Shown piece after piece: positions 46,901 to 57,989 of a stretch of DNA of 64,000 bases. A program made the translations under genes and the position numbers. The stretch covers positions 10,292,001 to 10,356,000 of the forward strand of contig NW_025963891.1 of assembly GCF_023055435.1 (NCBI RefSeq), written 5' to 3'. Under the pieces are notes generated by a model that saw nothing but the letters and a program-made list of their open reading frames with translations, searched no databases and was not told the origin of the DNA. How positions within the stretch are numbered: the stretch's first letter is position 1; every line of letters starts with the position of its first letter. Source of the DNA: Haliotis rufescens (Eukaryota).

Positions 46901-49900
46901 ATGCAGTACCAACATGCAAAAGGCAAATTGGAACATGAAGACATTATAGATGTTATTCTGTGTTTTTATGCGAAATGAATGAATCGTCATTGTTGTACCA
47001 GTGTTTATTCAGAGATCGATTCAAATCTGTTTCCAGGCGTGGTTATGCTGATGGTGAAATCGAGGCTATGTTTGCCAAATACGACATCGACGGTGACCGT
47101 GTGCTTGATGAAGATGAACAACGCCGCATGCATGCTGACCTCACAGAACAAAAGGTGCTCTTGAGTCCCTGCTAAGAAAATGCTTTGAAGTAAAATTAGA
47201 AATGAAATTTGGTCATTGTTGTCAAGGGGCGGTCGTGTAGCCTAGTGGTTAAAGCTTTCGCTTGTCACGCCGAAGACCCGGGTTCGATTCCCGACATGGG
47301 TGCAATGTGTGAAGCCCATTTCTGGTGTCCCCTGCCGTGATATTGCTGGAATATTGCTAAAAGCGGCGTAAAACAGCACTCACTCATTGTTGTCAAGGCA
47401 TGGCACCTTGCTCATAATATCAATCACTGGGCCATCATATAATTGGAATGTTGTTAGTGCGGTGTCAAATAACAAACACACACAATTAGATCTACAATTG
47501 TCGTAACTTGTATATTATTTAGACATCTGACAATATATTTTTAGAATGCTCTCAACAAAGAATATGACGAACTGGAGGAGAAGGTCCATCGCCCAGGCAC
47601 TGCTCGCCGCTCCAGCAGCCGAAACAGCTTCAACGAAGACAGTGGAGAAGACAGCGATGACGAGGACAGTGGAACTAAATCATCCCGAACTGGCAGAACA
47701 TCAAGCGGGGTTTCATACGAAGAGTTTACAGTCCTATCTCGGAGGGTGGACAGAATGGAACACTCTATTGGGAGCATTGTATCAAAAATAGATGCTGTGC
47801 TGGTTAAACTAGAGGCCATGGAGAAAGCCAAGTTAAAGAGAAGGGAAACAATGGGAAAAATTTTAGATAGCATCACAGAGGTAAGTGTGACTATACAACA
47901 ACCTTGCAATCTCCACCTCAAAACGGCAGTGTCATTCTTGTTCACAGTGCTTCAGATTGCCAGGCTCGGAGCATTGACTCTTCCAAAATTTACTTGACCC
48001 ATCATTTCTGTTAATGTTTATCTATTTCACAGGTAATTGGTCACTTGACCAATACTTTTTCTTATCAACTGAAGATCTGTCTTCCGATTCATCACTTAGA
48101 CATCCCTCAGTTTCTTTTCGGCCAGGGGGGTGGTGTAGCCTAGTGGTTAAAGCGTTTGATCATCACGCCGAAGACCTGGGTTCAATTCCGCACATGGGTA
48201 CAATATGTGAAGCCCATTTCTGGTGCCCCACTCCACCCCCCATGATATTGCTGAAAGCGGCGTAAAACCATACACACGCACTCTTTTCATCCACTTAGTG
48301 ACGAGTGAGAGAGTTAAATTTAACTGTCTCTGGAGCCAAGTGGAATTTTGCCACATCTGTTTGCTCATTAAAATAACCAATCTGCTTATTGTCAGATTTT
48401 ATGTATTTAATTGATAAAATAATGGTGAAAGTCTTTCTCGTTCTTATGTCAGTTTCTCATTTTTTTTAACTTATATTATATCTGTTTCTACAGGTTGTAC
48501 CTGTTGCCTTGTATGCTTGATAAGTATATAAGTTGTGATCTCCATTTCAGTCTGATGGAACGAGTGATGAAATGAAAAGGGAGCAGATGGAACGTTTAGT
48601 CCGCGAGGAGCTGGAGAGATGGGACTCCGAGACCTCTATGGGGGCAGGGAGTGCACGAGGGGCGTCACCCAGCGGAACTAGCGGTAGCAGTGGCAGAGGA
48701 GGAATGAGAGCTCGTTCTCGTCCCGGGTCAGGACAGAATGTAAGTGTCCCTGCCTCGTAGAAATACCCCTGTTAAAGTCTTCACCTTTCAATACTGCAGC
48801 AGTAGATGAAGTGGTAGAGAACTTTTTGCTTTTTGTGAAATGTCTTGTGACTTTTCGTCCATGGATTCCAAGTTTCTTTATGATGACTAGAGCAATGCAT
48901 CTGCTTGACTTATGTAATCGACGTTAGTTGCTGAATCGATATACATGTGTGGGTGTAGTTTTGCTGCGTAGAATTTGATTTAGTCTTTGTTATGGATTAG
49001 TTGCTTTATAGATGAATGATGTACCAATCTCATAATATCAGATCTTAGTGCTTGCTACTGCTAAACAAAGATATGAGGACATCCCATTACGGCTCACATC
49101 AGAACAACCTTTCATCCGACCACTCAGATTTTGGTATCAGATCGGGGAAAGTGACAGTCAGAAAGTGTTTTTTTGTCATGCAACATGGAAACACAGGGTA
49201 TTGCAAACGACAGTTACAAGCTGTACTACTGATTCCATCAAAATCATTGTCTATCTCCCACTTCAATAGGATAAAGACTTGGGAAATACTGCCATACAAT
49301 CTCGGCCATCTACTGCACATTCAAGAATTGTTTTTCGTTCAGTTTTCAAATTTTGAATCCAGAACTTTGTCAAAATATTTTTTAATAGTCTGGAATAGAA
49401 GTCGCCAGTTTGAAACTAGAGCCGTAAAGCTGGAGAAAGCTGCTTTCTGTTTGGCTCTTGTCGACTTCTTGTCAGTCCTTCCATTGGTCGGTCAAAGTTC
49501 GTGAAAGGTCATTTGGACATGACTTGTAATGGGATGTCCTCAGATCTTTGTGTAGCGGTAGCGAACTCTAAGATCTGATTTTAATGAGATTGTACGATTA
49601 CTCTCTTGAATAATCAAGAGTTCTCTTAATTCATTTATACATACATATACATTAGCATAGATTTGTTTGCCCTCTTATAGGTGAATGGTTAATGTCTAAA
49701 GAAACCGGTAGATTTGTACTCATGATTTTCAATATTGATTTCTGACAACTGTTTTTCTTTCCCTCCTGACAGTCCTCAGAGGTGTAATAGGTAATTTGAG
49801 TTTTGTGTCTCTGTAGTGCTAGTCTGTATTTATTTGTGCACACCACAAGCAGGTGTCCACTGTGCTTTCTCATTGTTGTGACTCCCTCAGCGTCTTCATG

Positions 49901-51600
49901 CCTTGCTTATCAAGACAAACTATTTTAGATGTTTGCTTAGTTTCTGTACAATGTATCCTTGATCAGCTGATGCGACTTGAAAAAAGTACAGAGAAAAATG
50001 ATAGGTCAATGTTCAAAGAAAGAAGTTTAGTTTCAAGATATAAAGATTTCAGTATAATTTTTTTTTCTCATTTCCCAACGCCATGCACTAATAATAAACA
50101 TGATAACTTTTAATAGTTTCTTAATTCTATTTCATTTTGATGGAAAACAGTCAACTAGAATAATTATTATGACTTCGGCTTTCTCTAATTGGAGAGTATT
50201 TTGTACTGAGTTTCCGCCTAGTCATGGTTACTGTATTCGACGTAATAAGCCCCCCGCTCTTATAAGCACCCACGGTGATTTTTGCTGATATATTGGCAAG
50301 TGAACAAGCCCAATTTGCACCCCTTCCGATTGATCAATGTACAAAGGCTTATTTATTCGGTAAAATACGCATACGTGTGTTATATGCACCCTTATTTATG
50401 GGTAATTAACATCTGGAAAAATATATCTGTCGTACATAAACATTTCAGGCTGTCAGCATAAACAACGAAATTTATCTTTCAACCATTTTTTTTTTCACCG
50501 AAATAATTTTCTCATAAGAGCCCCCTATTTCTAATTTTGAGAGCGACCCGGGCGCTTATTACGTTGAATACGGTATCATATAAAACAGAAATACCCATGA
50601 TCAGTCCTGAAGTGCACTTGACACCTGCTTTTCTCTGTAGTTCACATTGATATTCTGCATGCTTTGATGTGTCACTGAGTCAATGGATGTCAGTTTGGAA
50701 TTAAGCTGTCTGATCTGGAAAGGAAAGATCTTTTAGCATTTTGTTTATATCTGCTGGTATACTGCATGATGCAAGTAAACTTTAGTCATGATATCGCATG
50801 CTTTCTGTTCTTTTAAATGTCTTTACTTTCGTTACCCAAAGGAACTAGAAAGAAAGATTTCAGATGTGTATCTAAAGTGTTGTTTCATATGCAAATGTAT
50901 TGAGTGTGTTGCAGTCATTTGATTATCAGTTATTTCATTTTCATGTAGTCATTTGTTTATCAGTTGAATAATTTTGAGCATTTTAATAATTAACCTACCC
51001 TGTGAAGCTATGAGGCAATAACTCATAGTATTATGCATGTTTTTTGAGTTTTAAGTTGTGTTTTCATGTAAGTGTATTGAAATAACAAATTATTTTTGAA
51101 AATGTTAATATCTCTTGTAATTGGTAATTACCGAAAACAACATAATTCCGAGATATATGCTTTCATTATTATTATCTTTATAATTCCCTGTGAAGATCCA
51201 TACAGATTAATTGGTCTTCATCAACCCATGTTTGTTGTAAGAGGCGAATAACGGGATTGAGTGGTCAGGCTTGTTGACTTGGTTGATGCATGTCATCGTA
51301 TCTCAAATGTGTGGATCGATGCTCATTATGTTAGTCACTGATTGTCTGGTCCAGAATCGATTATTACAGACTGCTGTCATATAGCTGGAATATTGCTGAG
51401 TCTGGCGTTAAATAACAACAAAGAAAGAAAGAAATGTTACTTTATTCCAGGTATTACATAAATCATAGTTGATTTTTGGCTTAAAGATAGACCTTTTTGG
51501 ATTTCCTGGTTATTTGTTACCCACTTGATGGTGACTGTTGTCTGATGTGGTCTGTTTTTTGCAGAATGATGCTGAAGACATCGCCACCTCATCCGTCTAA
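34710..51600 (+). CDS. PKD2: Polycystin-2 (TRPP channel), 14 coding exons, ~855 aa (gene span)
   Basis: join(34710-34920,38748-38861,39271-39398,40702-40976,43639-43863,44098-44260,44673-44909,45396-45577,46303-46522,46743-46876,47037-47154,47545-47880,48551-48739,51565-51600) = 2568 nt. All introns GT-AG and phases consistent. TOP domain, 6 TM, LGDFDF pore, EF-hands, coiled coil. Confidence 0.93.
36442..36455. promoter_or_regulatory. RFX X-box (GTAACCATGGTAAC) in PKD2 intron 1
   Basis: Matches GTNRCC-N2-RGYAAC; an identical 14-mer occurs at 43946-43959. Confidence 0.45.
36490..36790. repeat. ~150-bp tandem duplication in PKD2 intron 1
   Basis: actcagaagttgaaa.gtgtgttaccatgattacctc...ttggcactggtccctac occurs twice, nearly identical. 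Confidence 0.9.
37258..37650 (+). mobile_element. SINE-like family C interrupted by a ~170-bp element
   Basis: Head at 37258 and tail at 37550-37650. Insert cagcgttagaaa...tttctattgctg (37365-37536) resembles 36761-36915. Confidence 0.75.
38748..38861 (+). CDS. PKD2: PKD2 coding exon 2 (S1)
   Basis: LWATRHTEE...[19 protein letters not shown]; flanked by AG/GT. Confidence 0.93.
39271..39398 (+). CDS. PKD2: PKD2 coding exon 3
   Basis: [24 protein letters not shown]...DDFWR. Confidence 0.93.
40004..40284 (+). mobile_element. SINE family B, young full-length copy
   Basis: tRNA-Leu-like head ggtggcccagtcgtctaaggcg, B box ggttcgaatccc, (actc)n tail; perfect 14-bp TSD tctaagatctttcg. Confidence 0.92.
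40421..40572 (+). mobile_element. SINE family A (diverged)
   Basis: ggttcgattcccgac...gcccatttctggtgtcccc...gctggaatattgctaaaag. Confidence 0.8.
40702..40976 (+). CDS. PKD2: PKD2 coding exon 4 (TOP domain)
   Basis: [24 protein letters not shown] polycystin motif. Confidence 0.95.
41018..41106. mobile_element. 89-bp MITE with CTG target duplication (Harbinger-like)
   Basis: TIR gcccacttgcacaaag / ctttgtgcaagtgggc, flanked by CTG on both sides. Confidence 0.7.
41191..42005 (+). mobile_element. Non-autonomous Helentron-type (HINE/pearl-like) element carrying a 156-bp tandem array (~4.4 copies)
   Basis: 5' subTIR atcccccgcc, nearby IR gcgggggat, (cgtc/cgta)n microsatellite, 156-bp repeats with tgaccttga...tcaaggtca, 3' subTIR ggcgggggat, terminal hairpin gtcactctgtgac. 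Confidence 0.85.
42742..42870 (+). mobile_element. tRNA-headed MetaSINE fragment
   Basis: A/B boxes followed by ataccaaaagacgttaaaagatggtacttg...tggcgctcggcatta, resembling the Meta central domain. Confidence 0.65.
43639..43863 (+). CDS. PKD2: PKD2 coding exon 5
   Basis: WKYKTE...YSGAGY...[26 protein letters not shown]. Confidence 0.95.
44098..44260 (+). CDS. PKD2: PKD2 coding exon 6 (S2)
   Basis: [15 protein letters not shown]...[20 protein letters not shown]. Confidence 0.95.
44673..44909 (+). CDS. PKD2: PKD2 coding exon 7 (S3-S4)
   Basis: [10 protein letters not shown]...[10 protein letters not shown]. Confidence 0.95.
45396..45577 (+). CDS. PKD2: PKD2 coding exon 8 (S5)
   Basis: [50 protein letters not shown]. 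Confidence 0.95.
45987..46217 (+). mobile_element. SINE-like family C, full span
   Basis: Starts gacccgtgaag; TSD ccactggggctctc / ccactggggctttc. Confidence 0.88.
46303..46522 (+). CDS. PKD2: PKD2 coding exon 9 (pore, S6)
   Basis: [13 protein letters not shown]...[15 protein letters not shown]. Confidence 0.95.
46743..46876 (+). CDS. PKD2: PKD2 coding exon 10 (EF-hand 1)
   Basis: [12 protein letters not shown] loop. Confidence 0.92.
47037..47154 (+). CDS. PKD2: PKD2 coding exon 11 (EF-hand 2)
   Basis: [21 protein letters not shown]. Confidence 0.92.
47226..47385 (+). mobile_element. SINE family A, young copy in a PKD2 intron
   Basis: TSD tcattgttgtcaagg at 47213-47227 and 47384-47398. 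Confidence 0.9.
47545..47880 (+). CDS. PKD2: PKD2 coding exon 12 (acidic cluster, coiled coil)
   Basis: [13 protein letters not shown] and [36 protein letters not shown]. Confidence 0.95.
48125..48280 (+). mobile_element. SINE family A
   Basis: gtagcctagtggttaaagcg...gggttcaattcc...gcggcgtaaaacca. Confidence 0.8.
48551..48739 (+). CDS. PKD2: PKD2 coding exon 13 (extends to a stop at 48760 if unspliced)
   Basis: [19 protein letters not shown]; donor GTAAGT at 48740. Confidence 0.9.
50231..50573. mobile_element. Tc1/pogo-type MITE
   Basis: TIR ctgtattcgacgtaataagc / gcttattacgttgaatacgg, with TA flanks. Confidence 0.8.
51185..51430 (+). mobile_element. SINE-like family C (diverged)
   Basis: gtgaagatcc...ggtcttca..aacccatg..tgtaagaggcgaataacggga...gctggaatattgctgag. 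Confidence 0.8.
51565..51600 (+). CDS. PKD2: PKD2 predicted terminal coding exon 14
   Basis: Strong acceptor tgttttttgcag; in-phase [11 protein letters not shown]; followed by ~1.7 kb of AT-rich UTR-like sequence with AATAAA at 53275. Confidence 0.65.
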   Translation, partial: NDAEDIATSSV

Positions 51601-53803
51601 CTTGGCGGACTGACACGATATTTACATCCTCTCGTCACCATTCCGACGCACTTGCAGCAGATGATACAACTATTTGTCCCCACCTTTTTGTGTCGTTTGT
51701 CTTTATGTCAGCTGTAACACCTTCTTTTAACCTTTTTTTATTATCCGAATTTAGTTGTGGCAAATATATTTTCATCAGGGTAACATTCAAATATTTGAGA
51801 CCATAATTTCAGAATTTATCCACAACGTAAAGCTGCCAACTGCTGATGTATATCTCGATTTTAAATCAAAGAGTATTGACTTGTTTTAACTGTGATGTTC
51901 TGTTGAAATCCATCCATTTATAAAAATCCCATAGCAGCAATGTGCCATATTTATTGATATGTAGCTCACTATATTAATTTATCACTTTGTTTTCAAAATG
52001 TATTTTTTGTGTATTATAATGCTGCATTTTTTGTATGGGACCAATTTAACAATTCAACATCATTTACAACTGGTATTTTATATCAAAACCAAATCTTCCT
52101 CCATTTGCAACAAGGGATGAGTTAATCGGGTGATTGAATTATTCTACAATGAAAAAAGTGTATATGTCTTGAATCAATGCTTATGCTGGATGCATAACAT
52201 TTGCATGAATTTACATGTAATTATACCGAAATTGTTATGGCTTTTTGCTTAATTGAAGTACTTAATCATGTGCAATAGGATTAAGGTGGTTTCATTCTGC
52301 TGTACATTTCCTATGCTAATCTTGCTGTTGGTGAAACACCTGCTGAAATTGATGTTAATATTTCAGTTTTACATTTCCTAGTCATTTCTCAAAAGTTGAA
52401 ATGAACAATTTGTAAAGAAGAGAGTTTCTGAAATAGTTCTTGGAAATCAAATGGTTTACTCTCACATTGCTGTTGATGTTTGTAAATTGTATTTATATAG
52501 AATATTGCCGAAAGTATTGTATTCCGTCCAAACATGTATGAAAGCATATTTCTTAATAATCATGAGTGATAATGGTTCTGTTCATAAAAATGTTATAGAA
52601 GATGACAAATGATAAATATTGAAATTGTTTTGCCAAACATGACAGAAGTGTGAATCTCAAATAAAGTTGATAAGGGTTATCGAACACAGTTGTCAGGCAA
52701 CGTCTCATATGGCCTTTGTTTTCATTCAAAATATCAGATTATTTTTTTATGAGACTGTTAAACAAAAATGTAAGTTAAAAAAAGAATATATGTAAATATA
52801 TTTTGTTCATGCTATGAAGAGGGTTGAGGCCAGACCCAGATAGATCTGTATTGATATAATATGGTGATAGTGTTTGAACCCTTATTACAAAATGTCCCAC
52901 CATTTAGATTTTATTTATGTATATTTTGTTACCTCTAGAATGATATTTCATGATTATGTTATTTGCAGGTGTTTACAATTTTCTATTAAAATCTACTGCT
53001 GTTTTGGGTGACAACAAACTTCGATCATGTTTTGGTCGTTGTGCTGTAGTGAGAAATGTTTACAATCGCTCCGTCCAAGTAAGCTAGTAGTTCAGTCTTT
53101 ACATAACTCGATTGTAGGGAGAAATATGGTCCAAGAACCACAAGCTTTGTTGGAAATGCCTGTCATCGGTATGTTGAAAAGGCTTGATGAGATATGAAAA
53201 GACTGAATGCCTCTCTGTTAATTCTGCTGAAACTCAGTATTGTATTGTGATACAAGATGTATTTATTTGTTGAGAATAAAGAGTGTCATCATTATCTTGT
53301 CTTAGGGCTTTTGTTAGCTCACATGGCCTGTCGTCCCAAGTCGTCTATTGTCGGTACTGTCCATTAATGTTTTACGTTTTCGACAATGGCTTGGTGGATT
53401 CAAATGAAATTCTGTGTGGATGTTTATTACTATAAGGGGCATAAATTTGTTCATTGCAACAAAGTTGGAATTTAAATGTGGTTGCCTAGGTGCCATTTTT
53501 TATTTTAAAAACAAAACTGCTTAAAGACAAGACTTAAAGGAAGCCTGAAACTTGTTGAGTAAGATGTTCGTTCCTCGTTTGTTTGAGGCAACTTGCTTGA
53601 AAATCAGATATTCCCACGCTAGACCTATAGATCTGCATAATTAGCTATTCATGGCTAACTCGATTCCAGGTTTCTGATAGTAGATATCAGTCCCTAACAA
53701 GGGAAGACTGGGGGGAATTCTGGCTTAGAATGGGCCCCGAGCAAACTATGAAGGTCGTATGACAAAACTAAAAGGATCAGCTGGTTAGGCTTGGTGACTT
53801 GCT

Positions 53804-54300
53804 TGATTGCAAGACATGGTACACCGATGGTGTGGATCGTGTGATTGCAAGACATGGTACAATGATGGTGTGGATCGTGTGATTGCAAGACATGGTACAC
53901 CAATGTTGTGGAAAATGTGTGATTGCAAGACATGGTACACCGATGGTGTGGATCATGTGATTGCAAGACATGGTACACCGATGGTGTTGATTGTGTGATT
54001 GCAAGACATGGTACACCGATGGTTTGGATCGTGTGATTGCAAGACATGGTACACAGATGGTGTGGATCATGTGTTTGCAAGACATGGTACACCGATGGTG
54101 TGGATCGTGTGATTGCAAGACATCGTACACCAATGGTGTTGATTGTGTGATTGCAAGACATGGTACACCGATGGTATGGATCGTGTGATTCCAAGACATG
54201 GTACACAGATGGTGTGGATCATGTGATTGCAAGACATGGTACACCGATGGTGTGGATCGTGTGATTGCAAGACATGGTACACCGATGGTGTGGATCGTGG
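53804..54300. repeat. 38-bp minisatellite (~13 copies) inside a family C element
   Basis: Unit tgattgcaagacatggtacaccgatggtgtggatcgtg; flanks 53703-53803 and 54300-54322 align to family C. Confidence 0.92.
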
Positions 54301-54872
54301 CTCACAATATCAATCACTGGACATGAATATAGTCTTAGCTAGATTATTGCTCTTAAGCCACATACATTGATGCAATGTCTGCTTGATCAATAATTATTGG
54401 CATGCACTGGCTCGCACAATATGGTATGGTAGGTGCTTCTTCGGACAAACATGGCTGCAATTAATTCAACCTAACATTCATACGCGGGTTCTAAGGTTAC
54501 TTCATCGAGCGAAAAGATATCTCAAGCTTTACACATGTGATAAAGAGAAATTTTTTTATCTTATCCTATTGCACACTATTGCATTTCTTCCTTTTTTCGT
54601 TCCTATGTGGAACCAATCTTGAACAAAGTTTCCAGCTTCTGAAAAACAATTCATCAAAACACATCCCCGCATCACCATGGTTACTACCCAAACTAATGAA
54701 TCCCGTTCATAGCGACAAACACGATACGATCACGTGATTGCCTCTGCCACATGATTCTTTCTCATGGAGGTGACTGTGAAGAAAGATTGCACTGGGATTT
54801 GAGAGAATCTAGTTCTTTTTTTCCCGAGATTTCCTGCAACACCATGTAGATTACATAAATAATCTGAGGATA

Positions 54873-57260
54873 ATGGGCAAGGACAGTTCTGGTCGCCCGG
54901 CCTGTCGGAAATGTCGACGTAACAAACTTTGTTGTGATTGCCGTGGCATATGTAGTTTACAAAAAAGCTGATCAGAATGAGAACACCTCACACACGAGTG
55001 TAACAGAAGGGAGATTTACCGGCGCTCAAAGTCAAGAGACTCGGACAAGCCTTTACTATCGCCTGCCAAGAAGCTTAGGAAATAATTCAAGTTGTCCTCT
55101 CCTCTGTTACTGTAAAACCAGCTTCGGATTCCGCCATGCCCATCTTCTCGGTAGCCGGTTACATGGTAGCTTTTTGACTGATGACGTCCCTACGTGTATA
55201 TCGGAACCGCCAGCTGACTTGAAAGTTTGGAAAAAAGCTGCTTTTGACGGACATGCCTCGACTTAGGCCTTCCACTAACAGAACACGTTCACCTTCTAAT
55301 GAAGATTGACGGATCAAGGATGGGTCTTGTGCTTCCTCCAAGAGACGCTGTTCCTGGAAAAGTCGCTCTAAGGGTCGCTCTCCTAAGGATCACTCTCCTC
55401 GGATTGATTGTCACAGTAAAGTCGGTCTGGGTCTCCTGGTCGCTCTCGGGATAGTCGCTTATAGGATTCACGTGACAGTGATCGACTCTCTCAAGATTGA
55501 CAATATGGAGATCGGCATTGTAAGGACTTTGGTGTTTCCTGTCTCCTGACTCAGAGTATGGGTCGTATACTCTTCCGGACGTACCGTACCATTCTCTGTC
55601 CAAGGCCATCGGTGAGTCTGCCAGGACAGGTAACTCGTCTTCCATGTGACTTCTTTCAGCTTCGGGAGGACTGGACCCTTTCACCTCCAGTTGTGTCTGT
55701 TGTAGACTCACAAGTAGGGAATTGGGCCATCCTGGAAGATCCACTCATCTTGCTTCTTCTCCACCAAGGACGTCCATGTCGCCTCGCTCTCTGTATCCGG
55801 CCTTCCAGCTTCTTGTGCTTGAGTAGAGTATAGATATGTTGCTTGCAAAACACCCTACAGAGTGTCTAGGTCCAGTCCCCGAGACTCCAGGATTTTATTC
55901 GCCGATTTTTCTGATCCTGTAGAGAGAATGCCTGAAGCTCCACCTAATTTTCAACATGAAGACATTCATCGCATTGTATCTAGAAGATCTGTTACATTTC
56001 CGTATGACGTCTATCGTGCTTCTCCGTATAATCCTTCGTCACTTGATTTCAAAGTCAGTCCCAATGTCCAGGATGCGCACCTGCAATTTCTCATCCAACG
56101 GGAGCACCGCCATTCCATTAGGTTTGTTTTCCAAGGCCACCACTACCAATGGAACGTGCTCCCATTTGAAATTAATTTATTCGGTCCCGTGGCCCTTTAA
56201 CTGCATTACCAAGTCCTTCTTGAAGTTTCTACACATCCGAGGGATGGTGTTCGGGTGATATATGGACGACTGCATTCAGGCCAACACAGACCCAGACGTC
56301 CTTGGGCACTGTGTCAAGTTTACGCAAAGGCTTGTCCATCAACTCGGGTGGCTCATCGAGGCCCTCTTCGAAACCTGCCCTGGCAAGTTGGTGGCTGAAC
56401 ATACAGCGTATCGTGTCATTTGGACTCAGACAGCCGCTCCTCCTACATCGGTGGCAACAGCTCCTTGGCCTTCTGACATCGGCGCAAGCACTCAATGAAG
56501 TGTCAACTTCACCTTCGGACGCTTCAGTGCTTCCTCCCTCCCTACATCCGGAGCGATGATTTCCAAGTTCCCAATCCCCCTGCTGACCAATCTGCATCCA
56601 CATCTTACTGATGGCTAGTAACATCGAATGTTTGCGCCGGGATCTCTTTGCGGACGTTCGACCCGACCTTATATCTCTTTATCGACAAACGGATCGTGGG
56701 TTGGGAAGCACACGCGTACGTAAACGGTGGCAGGGCTTTGGTCTGTCCGAGACAAGCAACTCCATGTCAACAACCTCGAGTTCAAAGCCGTCATTCCGAT
56801 GGCGTCCCATTGGGCAGAGCTCTTTCGTGCATCGCATCTCATGATCCAGTCAGACAACATCTCGGTCGTCTGGTTTATCAACAAGATGTGGTCAGCCAAG
56901 TCTATGTCGCTCCTGTGGCTCTCGATAGACTTCTTCTGGCTAATTGACTTCCTCAACATTAAGTTTCTGGCGAGACACATTCCCGGGAATTCCAACGTAA
57001 TGGCCGACTCCCTATTCCATTCAGACAGACCCGTCCCCACCAGAACGGCGCCTCCACTCGTAGAACTTCCGGTAGATCTGCCAACTTTACCAATGCCCAG
57101 ACATTGACCGGTTCAACACTCAGCTATCCGGGTTCGTCTCTCTCATCCTAGATCCTCAACTCTGGGAACACGATGCTCAAGCAGAAGGCCTCAACGCCTG
57201 TGCCTTTTCCCCCAACATGGATATAATACTTATCCTATCTCACACGCTATGTGCCCTCCC
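54873..57260 (+). mobile_element. Degraded DIRS-like (tyrosine-recombinase class) retrotransposon: gag, RT, RNase H, methyltransferase-like remnant
   Basis: MGKDSSGRPACRKC gag start; RT QDAHL...RFVFQGHHYQWNVLPF...YMDD; RNase H HVNNLEFKAV...SDN...ARHIPGNSNVMADSL; multiple frameshifts; no recombinase seen. Confidence 0.85.
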
Positions 57261-57989
57261 GAACATCTCCCCCCCCCCCCCCCCCCATCTCTAGCATGTT
57301 AGCTCTGCGAAAGAGAATGATGTGGCAGAGGCAATCACGTGATCGTATCGTGTATGTCGTTATGCTCGGGATTACAGTGCCCGACCCATATGTTTGGGTG
57401 GTAACCATGGTGATGCTGGTACGTGTTCGGGTGAATTTGTTTTAGAAGCTGGATACTTTGTTCATGCACGTTTCCAGGATCGAAAGAAGAAGGAAGAAAT
57501 GCATAATGTGAGATAGGATAAGTATGGTAAATATTAGTGTACATTTTATTGTAAAATCATATATATATATAATAATATATATAAAAATACATAATATTTA
57601 TATATATGGCTCGCATAACACAATTATAATTTTACAAGGATATTTACGATGCGGCTAGTAACCCCTTTCACTTATTGACCAATAACTTTGGATGTATTTG
57701 AGGGGTTAAGAACTGATCCGCAGTGAGTGATGGCATGTTGAAAATATGAGTAAGTGTATTTGTGCGGAATTAATTTCAGAATGAACGAAGTTGGTTTCGT
57801 TCTAATATAATCCCCGCATATGCTATGTTATAGTATAAATAAGTGATAATAAATAAGAAATGTCTATTGTAATTCCCAATGTTCTGAACAGTGTTTGATG
57901 TGATTTATGGCAGGTCTTTCTATTCTCACGAAAGCCTATGAAACACTGATTTAGGACATTACCTTGTAGCTCTTGTCTAATTAGTTTAC

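Noticed and set aside
53694-54300. Cys/His-rich repetitive ORFs, or a CRISPR-like array
   Set aside because: Head-to-tail 38-bp minisatellite with no unique spacers and no cas genes; eukaryotic context.
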